Positions 36,811 through 46,644 of a DNA stretch of 64,000 nucleotides are shown piece by piece. The stretch spans positions 18,248 to 82,247 of the forward strand of contig DCDR01000002.1 in NCBI GenBank assembly GCA_002316545.1, given 5' to 3'. This stretch comes from Candidatus Saccharibacteria bacterium UBA1050 (GTDB lineage Bacteria; Patescibacteriota; Saccharimonadia; Saccharimonadales; Saccharimonadaceae). Numbering within the stretch: position 1 is the stretch's first letter; every line of letters begins with the position of its first letter. A program made the translations under genes and the position numbers. Below the pieces are notes generated by a model. That model did not search any database. It had not been told where the DNA came from and saw only the letters and a list, made by a program, of their open reading frames with translations.

Positions 36811-37185
36811 TTACTGTTCGCGCGCGTAGCTTCGTTTGAATCGGCTAAGCATTCGACGACTCTTGCCCTCGTGCGCGGTATGAATCTCTTTGTACTTTCG
36901 TAATTGGCCAGAAAGTTTCGCTTCGACAATGTCTACTGCCGCTAGCAGATTCAAGGTAGAATCTTTTGCAGTAAGCTGCTTCTCAGGCACGTGAAGCACT
37001 ACCTCGGCTTCATATTTGTTGCCATGGCTACGATTAACTTCTTTTAAAATAACCTCAGCCGTTGCGCTTTTTCGCGCATGCCGAGGCAAGAATCTGTCGA
37101 GCCGTCCAATCTTTTTTTCTACGTATTTTTTTGTTGTGTCGTCGAGGTCTAGTCGAACTCCTGTTACGCTGATAGATTGAATCAT
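36811..37185 (-). CDS. hpf: Ribosome hibernation-promoting factor / RaiA family (short form)
   Basis: 124 aa; VTGVRLDLDDTTKKYVEKKIGRLDRFL..AEVIL. A strong AAGGAGG Shine-Dalgarno sequence lies upstream. Confidence 0.75.
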   Translation of the reverse strand: MIQSISVTGVRLDLDDTTKKYVEKKIGRLDRFLPRHARKSATAEVILKEVNRSHGNKYEAEVVLHVPEKQLTAKDSTLNLLAAVDIVEAKLSGQLRKYKEIHTAHEGKSRRMLSRFKRSYAREQ

Positions 37186-37221
37186 GTACCCCTCCTTTTT
37201 GTTTAAGGATGTTGTACTTTT

Positions 37222-37250
37222 ATTATACTCCTTGTTCTACGCACAAACAA
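37222..37250 (-). promoter_or_regulatory. Promoter of hpf (TTGTTT-17-TATAAT)
   Basis: Minus strand: TTGTTT (37250-37245), a 17-nt spacer and TATAAT (37227-37222), followed by a ~35-nt leader with AAGGAGGGG. Confidence 0.5.
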
Positions 37251-38381
37251 TTAGTGATTTCGACTGCCAATGGCTTCTGATATGTTACTAAAGCCATCAC
37301 GACGTAGCTTCTTTACCAAGTCGTAGTTTATGCTGCCGGCCAGTTGCGGGCCTTCGAATACGAGACCCGTAATCAATGCAACCAGCGTAGCACCGGCGCG
37401 GATTTTTTCATACGCATCATCAGCATTCATTACTCCACCGACACCGATAATTGTTAACTTTTTCCCATACTGTTTATAGGTATGTTGAATGAGCTCTGTA
37501 GTAACGTCACGTGTTGGTGCTCCACTTAGGTTACCTTTTACATATTCCGGCAATACATCCTCTAGCTTGGCTGCACGACGATCTTTAAAGAGGTTTCCAA
37601 TTGTTACACCTGCTACCGTGTGTTTGGCGATAACATTTAGCAACTGATCAAACTCTTTCTTTGGTAAGTTTATTGGCATCTTAATAAACACTGGCTTTTT
37701 GAGCTGCAAAGCGTCTACCGCCGAAAGTAGTTTCTCTAGCCGAGCCTTCGTGGTAAACGGCTCCCCGCCAAACGTATTGGGGCAGCTTATATTAATCTCC
37801 AGCATTTTTACGTTTTTTAGTACATCAAATTCTTTCAAGCTCGCACAGTAATCTTCAACCGCTTCATCGTCGGTTGCAGTCGCTTTTGAGTTAGTTTTTG
37901 CCACCGAAACAGACAAAGGAAAATCTTTAAAAGTTTGACTACTGTATGCAGAAACTCGACGAGCCACTGCAGCGGTTCCTTCGCTCGGAAGACCTGCGTT
38001 TACCACCAAAGATTTCGACTTTGGCAACCGATAAAACCAAGCACCATCATTCCCTTTGTATTCGCCCCACGTCACCGATCCACCCGTCATCCAACCAAAA
38101 CCAACCGCCTTAATCATCCGTGCCATGCTAATTTGCTTATCAAAGCCGGCGCTTAAGCCTATTGGGTTTGAAAAATATACACCGTGTATAGTTTGACCCA
38201 GATACTCACGGTTTTGGTATGCCCATAGTTTTGGCAGTGCTCGCACCCCCGGGATACGTTGAACATACGCTGTAAGTCGCACCATCGACGAATGCACGCC
38301 ATCTGGTTTGTGCTGGAATAGGATAGGTTTAATAACATACAAGTATAGCCAACTCGTGAGTTGGCGAACCGTACGTTTCAT
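37251..38381 (-). CDS. pyrD: Dihydroorotate dehydrogenase (quinone), class 2
   Basis: 376 aa with an N-terminal hydrophobic extension, GLSAGFDK, NISCPNT, and IIGVGGV..A.EKIRAGATLV motifs. Confidence 0.8.
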   Translation of the reverse strand: MKRTVRQLTSWLYLYVIKPILFQHKPDGVHSSMVRLTAYVQRIPGVRALPKLWAYQNREYLGQTIHGVYFSNPIGLSAGFDKQISMARMIKAVGFGWMTGGSVTWGEYKGNDGAWFYRLPKSKSLVVNAGLPSEGTAAVARRVSAYSSQTFKDFPLSVSVAKTNSKATATDDEAVEDYCASLKEFDVLKNVKMLEINISCPNTFGGEPFTTKARLEKLLSAVDALQLKKPVFIKMPINLPKKEFDQLLNVIAKHTVAGVTIGNLFKDRRAAKLEDVLPEYVKGNLSGAPTRDVTTELIQHTYKQYGKKLTIIGVGGVMNADDAYEKIRAGATLVALITGLVFEGPQLAGSINYDLVKKLRRDGFSNISEAIGSRNH

Positions 38382-38383
38382 TT

Positions 38384-39628
38384 CTATAGCCTCTCTCGAC
38401 CGCCAAAGTAAGGTTTAAGGGCTTCAGGCACGCTAAGTGTGCCATCCTCGTTTTGGTAGTTCTCTAGGATTGTAATCAGACCACGCGCTAATGATATAGC
38501 GGTACCATTCAAGGTGTGAACGACTTCAACAGTACCGTCTTTGCGACGAACACGAATGTTCAAATTGCGTGCTTGGAAGTCGGTACAGTTACTACAGCTG
38601 GTTAGCTCACGGTACGTACCGTCAACCGGAGACCAATACTCAAGATCATACTTTTTCGCAGCCGGAGACCCTAAATCGCCCGCGGCAATATTGATAACGT
38701 GGTACGAAATACCCAGGCTTTGCCAAAGCTCCTCTTCTAGCTGCAAAATGCGCTCGTGCATGTCTTTGCTTTGTTCTGGCAATGTAAAGGCGTACATCTC
38801 AAGCTTGTTAAATTGGTGCACACGAAATAGCCCGCGGGTGTGCTTGCCATAGGTGCCTGCTTCTTTTCGGTAACAAGGGCTTAACCCCGCGTACAAAAGT
38901 GGTAGCTCGTCTTCATTCAAAATTTCACCGGCGTGGTAGCCTGTCAAAGGAGCTTCAGCGGTACCAATCATGGTCAGGTTTGTATCTTCCACGAAATATT
39001 CGTTTCCACTCGCGTCACCTTTCGGTGCGAAGCCGGCTCCTTCAGCCGTTTGGCTATTTACCATATGTGGCACGGTAAGAAAACGGAAGCCTTTTTGGGT
39101 GACAAAATTGATGCCGTACTGAATGAGTGCTTGTTCTAGCAGAGCAAGCTCGTCTTTTAGAAAGTAAAATTTCGCGCCGGCTACTTTTGCGCCACGTTCA
39201 AAATCTACCCAATCGCGCTTCATGGCAAAATCAAGGTGATCAACTGCACCAGTTTTTTGTTCACCAATTTTTTTAATCTCTACACTGTCTTCTTCGCCAC
39301 CCAGCGGCACATCTTCTAGGGTAATATTTGGCACAGCCGAAAGTAGGCTTTGGAATTCGTTATCGACAGCTTCGAATTGCTTCTCATATTCAGCAAGCTC
39401 GGTCTTTATTTGCTTGCCTTCATCGATAGTTGCTTGGTCAGGCTTGCCACCCTTCATTTTCGCAGCATTTGCATTTCGCTTTTCGCGTAGTTCATCGAGT
39501 TGCTGCTGCACACCGCGACGAGAATCATCGAGCTCCAAAAGCTTCGTTATCGAAACATCATAGCCTTTTTGTTTGGCCGACTCTTGTACTTTGTCTGCGT
39601 TCTCACGAATAAAACGAATATCTAGCAT
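38384..39628 (-). CDS. serS: Serine--tRNA ligase
   Basis: MLDIRFIRENADKV.. coiled-coil arm and a class II core (FRVHQFNKLEMY, GTAISLARGL). Confidence 0.95.
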   Translation of the reverse strand: MLDIRFIRENADKVQESAKQKGYDVSITKLLELDDSRRGVQQQLDELREKRNANAAKMKGGKPDQATIDEGKQIKTELAEYEKQFEAVDNEFQSLLSAVPNITLEDVPLGGEEDSVEIKKIGEQKTGAVDHLDFAMKRDWVDFERGAKVAGAKFYFLKDELALLEQALIQYGINFVTQKGFRFLTVPHMVNSQTAEGAGFAPKGDASGNEYFVEDTNLTMIGTAEAPLTGYHAGEILNEDELPLLYAGLSPCYRKEAGTYGKHTRGLFRVHQFNKLEMYAFTLPEQSKDMHERILQLEEELWQSLGISYHVINIAAGDLGSPAAKKYDLEYWSPVDGTYRELTSCSNCTDFQARNLNIRVRRKDGTVEVVHTLNGTAISLARGLITILENYQNEDGTLSVPEALKPYFGGRERL

Positions 39629-39635
39629 GGCTTAA

Positions 39636-39641
39636 ATTATA
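39636..39641 (-). promoter_or_regulatory. -10 box (TATAAT) 8 nt upstream of the serS ATG
   Basis: The minus strand reads GAGGTATAATTTAAGCCATG. There is no Shine-Dalgarno sequence between the box and the ATG. Confidence 0.45.
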
Positions 39642-39958
39642 CCTCATTTACCCCTCATGTGCACTCTATTAACTTTGGCGAGTTCGACGAACCCATAACG
39701 GCTTCAGTAATATTTGCCGTTGTTGCAAAGTCTTAGTTCAACAATCCTAGTGAAATTACGTCGCTGTGAGTTGACCAGCTGTTGTAGGGTTGACACTAGA
39801 ACTAGTTGTGACTGTATGCACCGAACTATGCAAAACGAGTGCGTATACAAACGAAAGCACGCCACCAAGCACAACTTGTACCACCTTGTTACTCATATTT
39901 TTGTGTAGATGAACGATTTACAGTATTACTGTAGCATAAGCGATATAAGCTATACAGT

Positions 39959-40642
39959 CTACCTGACGTGCGATATATTGGTCTGTTGAGACCGCATAAC
40001 CATGCGACGCCCTATATCACGAAGATTTTGTCTCCGATTTAAAGCACCGCTCTCTGCTATACTTCTTGAAAGCCTGTCTATAGTGTCGCCATCAAGCAAA
40101 GTTGTGTGCGGAATCCAAATTGTGGGATATTTTCGCTTAACACCTATCGGTAGACGCTCAAACGCTTCATAATTTAATCGCTGGACTACCATATGCGAAA
40201 GACCATCGCGAGCAAGTTGGCGATCAAGTTTTGATTCTTGGTAAACCGGGTAAATACCCACAGCACCGAGTGATTCTTCTGAATGTGGCACAGTAACTCG
40301 AATCATTTCACGGATTGCTTCTGCCTGCTGTTCGGGCGATAGATGCTGCATCAAAAATGCGCTGATGACCGCGTCAAAGCTCTTATCGGGAAAAGGAATT
40401 GCTTCCGCAGAGCCTACATGCCAATCTTGGCCTGCAGGTGGATTTGTTGCATAGTCAGGATCAAGCCGAGCAACGCTCCTACCCCCATCAATACTAACTT
40501 CGGCAAAGTCACTATCACCAGCTCCTACGTCTAGCACACGTGCAGACGGGTGCTCTTCCAAGACCGCACCAAATGCGGCATTTAAGTTCGCCCAGCTGTG
40601 GTCAGTTCGTTCGATAATCCTATCTGCTGGATGAATAGCCAT
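39959..40642 (-). CDS. Class I SAM-dependent methyltransferase
   Basis: Motif I VLDVGAGDSDFAEV and post-I/II FDAVISAFLMQHL. Confidence 0.7.
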   Translation of the reverse strand: MAIHPADRIIERTDHSWANLNAAFGAVLEEHPSARVLDVGAGDSDFAEVSIDGGRSVARLDPDYATNPPAGQDWHVGSAEAIPFPDKSFDAVISAFLMQHLSPEQQAEAIREMIRVTVPHSEESLGAVGIYPVYQESKLDRQLARDGLSHMVVQRLNYEAFERLPIGVKRKYPTIWIPHTTLLDGDTIDRLSRSIAESGALNRRQNLRDIGRRMVMRSQQTNISHVR

Positions 40643-40678
40643 AAGTCCATTATACCACTTACGCTAATAAAAGTCAAT

Positions 40679-42055
40679 TTACTCCGTTCGAAGTGCTTCA
40701 ATTGGATCAAGCTTCGCCGCTTTCCTGGCGGGCAGCCAGCCCGCGACGATTGCTACCACAGTAAGAATCACTATCAAGCCAACAATTTGTGCAAGGTCAA
40801 AGATAAGTAAATCATTACCCTTGCCCAAACTGAGCGTTTTTGTAATCCAGGGGTTGAGCGACACGCCTAAGACAAACGCTCCCAAGGCACCCAGCACGCC
40901 ACCTATCATGCCAATCCAGGCTGCTTCAAGCCTAAACAACCATGCTACACTTCGTCCTCGCATGCCAAGTGCTTTCATAAGCCCGATCTCACGAGTTCTT
41001 TCAAGCACAGAGATATACATGGTGTTGATAATCCCAAAGACACTGGCAATCACGGTAATCACCCCAAACACACCCACCAGTATTTGTAGTATGTCTACAA
41101 ATTGGCCGATCGTTTGTTGGAGCTCTTGACTGGTCATCACGTAGTAGTCGAGTTTTTTGAGCTTCTTCTTTGCCGCCGTAGCCGTTGCGTCATTTTCGCC
41201 ACCTTTTATACGAACCGACGCATAAAGATATTTGCCATACTGATTTGTTCCTTTGGTGGTGTAGTCGTACATCGACTTGGCGTCGTCTGCATTCAACAGC
41301 AGTGGAAGGCCTGAAGCAGACAATGCCGCGGCACCCTTTTTCGTTACGGCGGCGACTTTTAGGTTTATCGTTTTTGTTTCTTGCTTTGGTTGTGTAGTTG
41401 GAGCTGGGCTCACTAATGACTGTGCTACAAACTCGCGCAATGTTTCTTCGGTAAACGGTCGCTCAATCGTAATACGAACAATTTTGCCGACAGCATCTTT
41501 TGCAGAAGCAAAGTTAAGAAGTTTAACATACTCGTTTGGCAGCAAAACTTCACCCGCAGCAACATCAGATTCAGGTACGTTACCAGCTTGTGTTTCTGGT
41601 TTTTGGCCAGGGTTATACGCTTGCAGACTCAATGTATACTTTTTTTGTCCAGGACGCGTAATGTAGCGTGCGGCAATTTCGTAATTTGGCCGCACTGCCT
41701 CTACAAACGAGAGCTGCTTGAGTTCTTTAACGTCTTTGTCGGTAAGTTGTTTTACCTGTACGCTTCCCCCTCCGCCACCAAACGAAACACTCGCTACAGA
41801 AGAATCGTACTCTTTAGGTGACGTATCGGGTGCGCCTGTGTTTTCTACTTCTTTGTCGCGCCCGACGATTGATTCGGCGGGGTCAAAATTATTCGCAATT
41901 AATCGGTCGGTATACTCGCGAATACCATTGCCCGCTGCTAGGGTAATCGTTAAAGTAAACGCCCCTACGGCAATAGCAAGACTAGTCAGGAGTGTGCGTG
42001 CCTTGGCATTCTTGAGGCTACGTCCGGCACGGGTGACGATATCGAGCATTCTCAT
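40679..42055 (-). CDS. ABC transporter permease, FtsX/MacB-type
   Basis: 458 aa with TM1, a ~270-aa extracytoplasmic domain and 3 C-terminal TM helices ending ..LPARKAAKLDPIEALR.E, the typical MacB/FtsX-family terminus. Confidence 0.8.
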   Translation of the reverse strand: MRMLDIVTRAGRSLKNAKARTLLTSLAIAVGAFTLTITLAAGNGIREYTDRLIANNFDPAESIVGRDKEVENTGAPDTSPKEYDSSVASVSFGGGGGSVQVKQLTDKDVKELKQLSFVEAVRPNYEIAARYITRPGQKKYTLSLQAYNPGQKPETQAGNVPESDVAAGEVLLPNEYVKLLNFASAKDAVGKIVRITIERPFTEETLREFVAQSLVSPAPTTQPKQETKTINLKVAAVTKKGAAALSASGLPLLLNADDAKSMYDYTTKGTNQYGKYLYASVRIKGGENDATATAAKKKLKKLDYYVMTSQELQQTIGQFVDILQILVGVFGVITVIASVFGIINTMYISVLERTREIGLMKALGMRGRSVAWLFRLEAAWIGMIGGVLGALGAFVLGVSLNPWITKTLSLGKGNDLLIFDLAQIVGLIVILTVVAIVAGWLPARKAAKLDPIEALRTE

Positions 42056-42759
42056 TTCGCACCTCCTTTCGCTACTATCTTTTTCGCTGTTTCTATCCGT
42101 GTAATCGAACCGTCTTTGATATGAATTTGCATGTCACATTTTTTCGCTAAGTCTGCATCGTGCGTTACCACAACCAGTGTACTGCCAAGTTGCTTATTAA
42201 ATTCGAAGAGCAGTTTCTCTACCTTTTCACCGGTCGCGCTGTCTAGGTTACCCGTAGGCTCGTCGGCGAAAATAATACTTGGTTTGTTTACGATTGCACG
42301 CGCAATGGCAAGGCGCTGCTTTTGGCCACCAGAAAGATTACGTGCCTTGGTGGCTGCCTTTTCACTCAGTTCTACTTGGTTCAATGCTTCAGCGATTCGC
42401 TTTTTTCGACTACCCCGAGCCACTCGTGCTATTTCTAGAGGTAGGCTAACATTTTGCATGCAAGTTTCATTTGCTTGTACGAAAAACGCCTGAAAGATAA
42501 AGCCGATTTTCTCTGCACGAAACCTATCGAGCGCTTTGCTTTTTAGTTGCGAAATATCCTGGTTATCTACCACGATTGAACCGCTAGATGGCTTATCGAG
42601 CCCGCTCATTATGTGCATGAGCGTGCTTTTACCAGACCCAGACTTACCGACAATCGCAACGCTTGCACCACTCGGCACAGTAAAACTTACGTTATCGAGC
42701 GCGGTAAACGTATTGGCCTTTTTGCCGTATGTTTTAGTAATGTTCTGAATTTCTATCAT
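42052..42759 (-). CDS. ABC transporter ATP-binding protein (MacB/LolD-type)
   Basis: Trimmed to ATG 42759, which has GAGGAGG upstream. Motifs: GKSGSGKST, LSGGQKQRLAIARA, IIFADEPTGNLD. Confidence 0.85.
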   Translation of the reverse strand: MIEIQNITKTYGKKANTFTALDNVSFTVPSGASVAIVGKSGSGKSTLMHIMSGLDKPSSGSIVVDNQDISQLKSKALDRFRAEKIGFIFQAFFVQANETCMQNVSLPLEIARVARGSRKKRIAEALNQVELSEKAATKARNLSGGQKQRLAIARAIVNKPSIIFADEPTGNLDSATGEKVEKLLFEFNKQLGSTLVVVTHDADLAKKCDMQIHIKDGSITRIETAKKIVAKGGAK

Positions 42760-42760
42760 G

Positions 42761-43564
42761 CTAAGCCTCCTCGTGAATATCTCTATTTTGGAATGCAATC
42801 AACGCTACAATTAGCGATATCAGTGCGATACAACTAAGCACCAGTACGTGATTCAAATTAATATCGTCGTGTACAAGATCTGCCGTTTTGTAATAGCTGA
42901 GTAGCGATACCCATTCGAGGTCCTTTAGCCAATCTATCTGCAACTTAAAGGCATCCACCAGCAAGCTACCCATTGCCCACACGACGGGCACTAAGATGGC
43001 GATGTTTTTACGACCGGTAGCAACACCAATGCCATACGTTAGCGAAAATAACGCTGCCGTAAACAGTGCTGTAATCACGGTAATTCCATTTAATAGCTCA
43101 TACGGTACATCTTCGCCAATCATCGAGCTGACCACCACCAGACTCGCGTATACGATACCTGTTACTACGGCTATAACCACAAGCCCAGCCAGCCATCGCT
43201 CAAACACGACTCTGCGACGTGACACCGGCTTGGCAAGTAATTGATACAAACGACGATTTGATTCATCCCCCATGCCAAGCCCAACCCCAAGTAGTATCGC
43301 CATGGGCACAAACAACATTTCGCCTCGCAAGCCAAACACAGCGCTGGCTAAATAGCCTGGATATGTCGACCAATCTTCTACATCACCGATTATGCCTTCA
43401 AGTTCTGGTGGCAAAGACTTCACCAGCGCATCCATGCCGTTACCACTCAGGCTTGGGAAAAATGCCGCAGTCAGAGCCAGTAGCGATACCGCACCAAGTC
43501 CCCAGCCCAACATAAACCAACGCTTGTCATAGAGAGTTTTAGTGAAAATGTTCCTAAACATCAC
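42761..43564 (-). CDS. ABC-2 type transporter permease
   Basis: 267 aa with 6 hydrophobic helices. It is translationally coupled (4-nt overlap) to the upstream ATPase gene. Confidence 0.65.
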   Translation of the reverse strand: MMFRNIFTKTLYDKRWFMLGWGLGAVSLLALTAAFFPSLSGNGMDALVKSLPPELEGIIGDVEDWSTYPGYLASAVFGLRGEMLFVPMAILLGVGLGMGDESNRRLYQLLAKPVSRRRVVFERWLAGLVVIAVVTGIVYASLVVVSSMIGEDVPYELLNGITVITALFTAALFSLTYGIGVATGRKNIAILVPVVWAMGSLLVDAFKLQIDWLKDLEWVSLLSYYKTADLVHDDINLNHVLVLSCIALISLIVALIAFQNRDIHEEA

Positions 43565-44463
43565 ACTTCCTCCTCATCTTCGTACAGATTCATAAATACG
43601 CTGTCCAGGTCAGCCTCGTTGATCGTTACGTCTTTTACTGGCTGCATTGCTATCCAGCGCATTACTTTTCTATCAGCCTGGGGCACATCGAAGCTAAGCG
43701 TGTGCTTGGTGTGAGAAACGTTGCTTGCCCCCAACACCTTTGGTGGTGCCATCATCGTCACGTTTTTATCGACCGTCAGAACAACTCGCCTGGTTGCCTT
43801 TGCCAGCAGATTACTTACTTCGACGGTTTCGAGCACCTTACCTTTTTTCATGAACGTCACGTGGTCACATACTTCTTGTACTTCACTGAGGATGTGTGAA
43901 GACATAAACACGGTTTTGCCTCGCTTTGCGTGGTCACGCACGACTTTGTAAAACTTTTGTTGCATTAAAGGGTCGAGGCCAGTCGTTGGTTCGTCGAGAA
44001 TCAAAATATCCGGGTCGTTCATTAACGCGGCAATCAGCCCAATCTTTTGCTTGTTTCCTCTCGAGAGCAAGCCAATTTTTCTGTCCATTACGGCACTTAG
44101 ATCTTCTACCAATTCCTGCGTGCGGCTTTGATTTTTCACCCCAGAAAGATGGCTCATATATTGTATGTACTGTGAGCCAGTGAGATTGTTGTAAAGTTCA
44201 AAATCGCCCGATAAGTACCCAATTCGCTTTTTTAGTGCCACGCTATTGGCGCGAGTGTCTTTGCCCAATATTTCAAGCTTACCTTTAGATGGTCGAATGA
44301 AATCCATGAGGAGCTTGATGGTTGTCGTTTTGCCGGCACCGTTTGGCCCCAAGAAACCATGAACAGTGGCAGGTTTTACCTGAAATGATACATGATCAAG
44401 TGCCAACGTTTTGCCAAAACGCTTGCTCACGCCTTCAACATTAATCGCTATTGAGTCCGCCAC
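43561..44463 (-). CDS. ABC transporter ATP-binding protein (ABC-2 subfamily)
   Basis: The track ORF 43561..44634 is trimmed to GTG 44463, which has GGAGG 8 nt upstream and gives MADSIAINVEGVSKRFG. Motifs: GPNGAGKTT, LSRGNKQKIGL, ILILDEPTTGLD. Confidence 0.8.
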   Translation of the reverse strand: MADSIAINVEGVSKRFGKTLALDHVSFQVKPATVHGFLGPNGAGKTTTIKLLMDFIRPSKGKLEILGKDTRANSVALKKRIGYLSGDFELYNNLTGSQYIQYMSHLSGVKNQSRTQELVEDLSAVMDRKIGLLSRGNKQKIGLIAALMNDPDILILDEPTTGLDPLMQQKFYKVVRDHAKRGKTVFMSSHILSEVQEVCDHVTFMKKGKVLETVEVSNLLAKATRRVVLTVDKNVTMMAPPKVLGASNVSHTKHTLSFDVPQADRKVMRWIAMQPVKDVTINEADLDSVFMNLYEDEEEV

Positions 44464-44521
44464 CGTTTGTCCCTCCACATGTGGTTGTTGCTTTAAGTAT
44501 AGCAGCAAGGGGTTGCTGGCG

Positions 44522-46288
44522 CTACCAGCCGCCACCGCCTCCACCACCGCCTCCACCACCGGAAGAGCCACCGCTGGAGCCACCAGAGCTTGAGCTACTC
44601 GAGCTTGCGTAATTTGTGGTCGTCGAAAATCCATTAATTGCCGAGCTAAACAAGGCCGCGTTCATTGCGCCTGAATGACCCGAATACCATGATGGGTCTG
44701 TGCCTGTCTGTTCGTAATATCGACCCAGCTGCTTGTTCCAATCTTTTTCAAGCCCAAATAATACGGCATATGGCAGTACTTTTTCATATAGCGTTATGCG
44801 CTTTTTCGTATCGCTAGCAGCTTCGCTGGCTTCGGGTACTTTTTCTGCGGTTTCTGGGCTCTGCAACATCTTTATGCGCTCATCTTCGGCCACTTTAATG
44901 TACAGTTTCAACCCCTCCAAATATCGATATACCGCTAAGCCTTTATCTGTCAGTGGCCACATGGTAAACGACAAAATAAAGGCAATAATGCTTGGCACAA
45001 ATAATATTGGTGAAAATAGTACTACAGATGCAACCAGCAGAATCACTGCAACTTTTCGGAACCATTTTTTAGCTGCCACATCTTCTTTTTTCAGCCCATA
45101 CTCACCGCGCACGAGCTTTTGCAAGTCACTATCGTTGTTTAAGGTTCTTGAGTAGTATGACGTGCTGTTTTTAAGTGTTTTGAGATTCAAACGTTCGCCC
45201 ACAGCAGGCAATTTTCCAAAACTATCGCTCAGTAACTCTTTTTCTTCCCACGTTAGCTTGCTCACGTCTTTTACAACTTCAATCTCGTATTCTGCCGCTC
45301 GATACCACTTCTTCTCTTTTACTTCATATAGCTTTATATAATGTCGAACAGCTAAATCAAGTAGCTGCGCCGCCATGACCGAACGAGTACCCGAACCAAG
45401 AGCAGCCGCAGCTGTAACACTTATATCTTTTGGTGGAATGTATTCAGGAGCGATTGGTCCCACTTCCTTTTTGCGACTCGTAATATTGTATGCCTTCACG
45501 AAGAGCCAAACTCCGATTGCAACAGCCAGCAGAATGAGTATTGCTTGAATCGTACCCCATACCGTTGCAATGCGCTCTGCAAGACTTGGCTCGTATGCAG
45601 CAAATGTTTTTGGCGAGAAGCCAATTGCAAATGTAGCGTTTTCGTACGCCATCATTGGGCGTGTAGCGCGCATACTGATGGTGCCGTTTTCGTTTTGGAC
45701 AATATCGCACGGTTCGGTCGAGCCGCTTGTCCCCTGTGCACAAGAGAACTGGCTGGTTAGAGCATTTTTGAGTGATTCGTCCAGGGTGATGGTTGCTTCA
45801 ACATGTTGAAACGCCTGAGCCCACTGTGTGCCGTTGGTGTCCCAGTAAAATTCATCGTCGTTGGTATCTTTGAAATACTGCGTAACATCACGCTGCATGT
45901 AGGTAATTACATAGGTTTGCTTGCCACGTACATAGCTGTTTGCATCTCCGATTCGCAATACCTCATTGCCATTTGATTCGTACGTAGTATAGTTCCATGG
46001 GTCGCCGTTTTCTTTACGTACCGAAACAATATCAAGGCTGGTGCTATGGCCATCATACGTCTTTGGGATTGCTCGCTCTATGCCATGATTCTGATCGTAA
46101 TCTGGAAATTCTGCGACTAATGTTTCTTTGGTCGTTAGTATCGATCGCTTCTCTTTATCACGGCCTAACTGATACTCTGCCTTGAAGCTCGAAAAGTGGA
46201 AGTTTTGGGTATCGATTGCTTCCACAGGCTGAACTTGCGTCAATGCAAGTGCACATAAACCTACCAGTAGCCCCCAAATGCGATTCAT
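44522..46288 (-). CDS. DUF2207-like membrane protein with a Gly/Ser-rich C-terminal tail
   Basis: Signal peptide MNRIWGLLVGLCALALTQVQPVEA, a large ectodomain, several TM helices, and the tail SSSSSSGGSSGGSSGGGGGGGGGGGW typical of DUF2207 proteins. Confidence 0.65.
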   Translation of the reverse strand: MNRIWGLLVGLCALALTQVQPVEAIDTQNFHFSSFKAEYQLGRDKEKRSILTTKETLVAEFPDYDQNHGIERAIPKTYDGHSTSLDIVSVRKENGDPWNYTTYESNGNEVLRIGDANSYVRGKQTYVITYMQRDVTQYFKDTNDDEFYWDTNGTQWAQAFQHVEATITLDESLKNALTSQFSCAQGTSGSTEPCDIVQNENGTISMRATRPMMAYENATFAIGFSPKTFAAYEPSLAERIATVWGTIQAILILLAVAIGVWLFVKAYNITSRKKEVGPIAPEYIPPKDISVTAAAALGSGTRSVMAAQLLDLAVRHYIKLYEVKEKKWYRAAEYEIEVVKDVSKLTWEEKELLSDSFGKLPAVGERLNLKTLKNSTSYYSRTLNNDSDLQKLVRGEYGLKKEDVAAKKWFRKVAVILLVASVVLFSPILFVPSIIAFILSFTMWPLTDKGLAVYRYLEGLKLYIKVAEDERIKMLQSPETAEKVPEASEAASDTKKRITLYEKVLPYAVLFGLEKDWNKQLGRYYEQTGTDPSWYSGHSGAMNAALFSSAINGFSTTTNYASSSSSSSGGSSGGSSGGGGGGGGGGGW

Positions 46289-46314
46289 ACTGCTATTGTA
46301 GCAGTATGTCGGTG

Positions 46315-46584
46315 CTAGCGATACCAGCTGTTATTGTCGCGCTGTTGCCATTGCTGCATCATTGGATACTGCTCGCTTTGCTCAATATGAAGCCTCGCCA
46401 CCTTCAGATTTAGCCAGCCCAACCATAGCATTGTGACCGCCAATAATACAGCGAAAATAATCGCTGCCGTGCGAAGGTTTGCTACAGCAAGCTCCAGCTC
46501 TTTTATGTTTGGCGTCTGCTTTTTATCTGGTGCATCAGTAGATTTTGCCTTTTTCGCAATAGTCTCTGTTTCTTCTTTTGCCAT
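46315..46584 (-). CDS. Small single-pass membrane protein
   Basis: Trimmed to ATG 46584 (MAKEETETIAKK..). It has one TM helix (AAIIFAVLLAVTMLWLGWL). Confidence 0.5.
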   Translation of the reverse strand: MAKEETETIAKKAKSTDAPDKKQTPNIKELELAVANLRTAAIIFAVLLAVTMLWLGWLNLKVARLHIEQSEQYPMMQQWQQRDNNSWYR

Positions 46585-46644
46585 ACTGCTCCTTACTGTT
46601 GTGAGCACAGTATAGTACTCCTACCTGAAACTTAGCTGAGAAAA

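Noticed and set aside
36669-36929. An 86-aa minus-strand ORF bridging the secA-hpf intergenic region.
   Set aside because: It overlaps the 3' part of hpf out of frame and runs into the secA start region, which contains the secA leader and Shine-Dalgarno sequence. No signals of its own are present.
39714-39908. A 64-aa plus-strand ORF in the serS upstream gap.
   Set aside because: Its translation is Cys/Arg/His-rich and it has no promoter or Shine-Dalgarno sequence. It lies opposite a somewhat more plausible hydrophobic micro-ORF.
44463-44634. A repetitive GGTGGA/GCCACC-type tract, and a 57-aa N-terminal extension of the ABC ATPase ORF overlapping the DUF2207 gene.
   Set aside because: The repeat simply encodes the Gly/Ser tail of the DUF2207 protein on the same strand. 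The ATPase extension is an out-of-frame read-through of that tract. GTG 44463, with a GGAGG box, gives a normal ABC N-terminus. This is not a CRISPR array or a tandem-repeat element.
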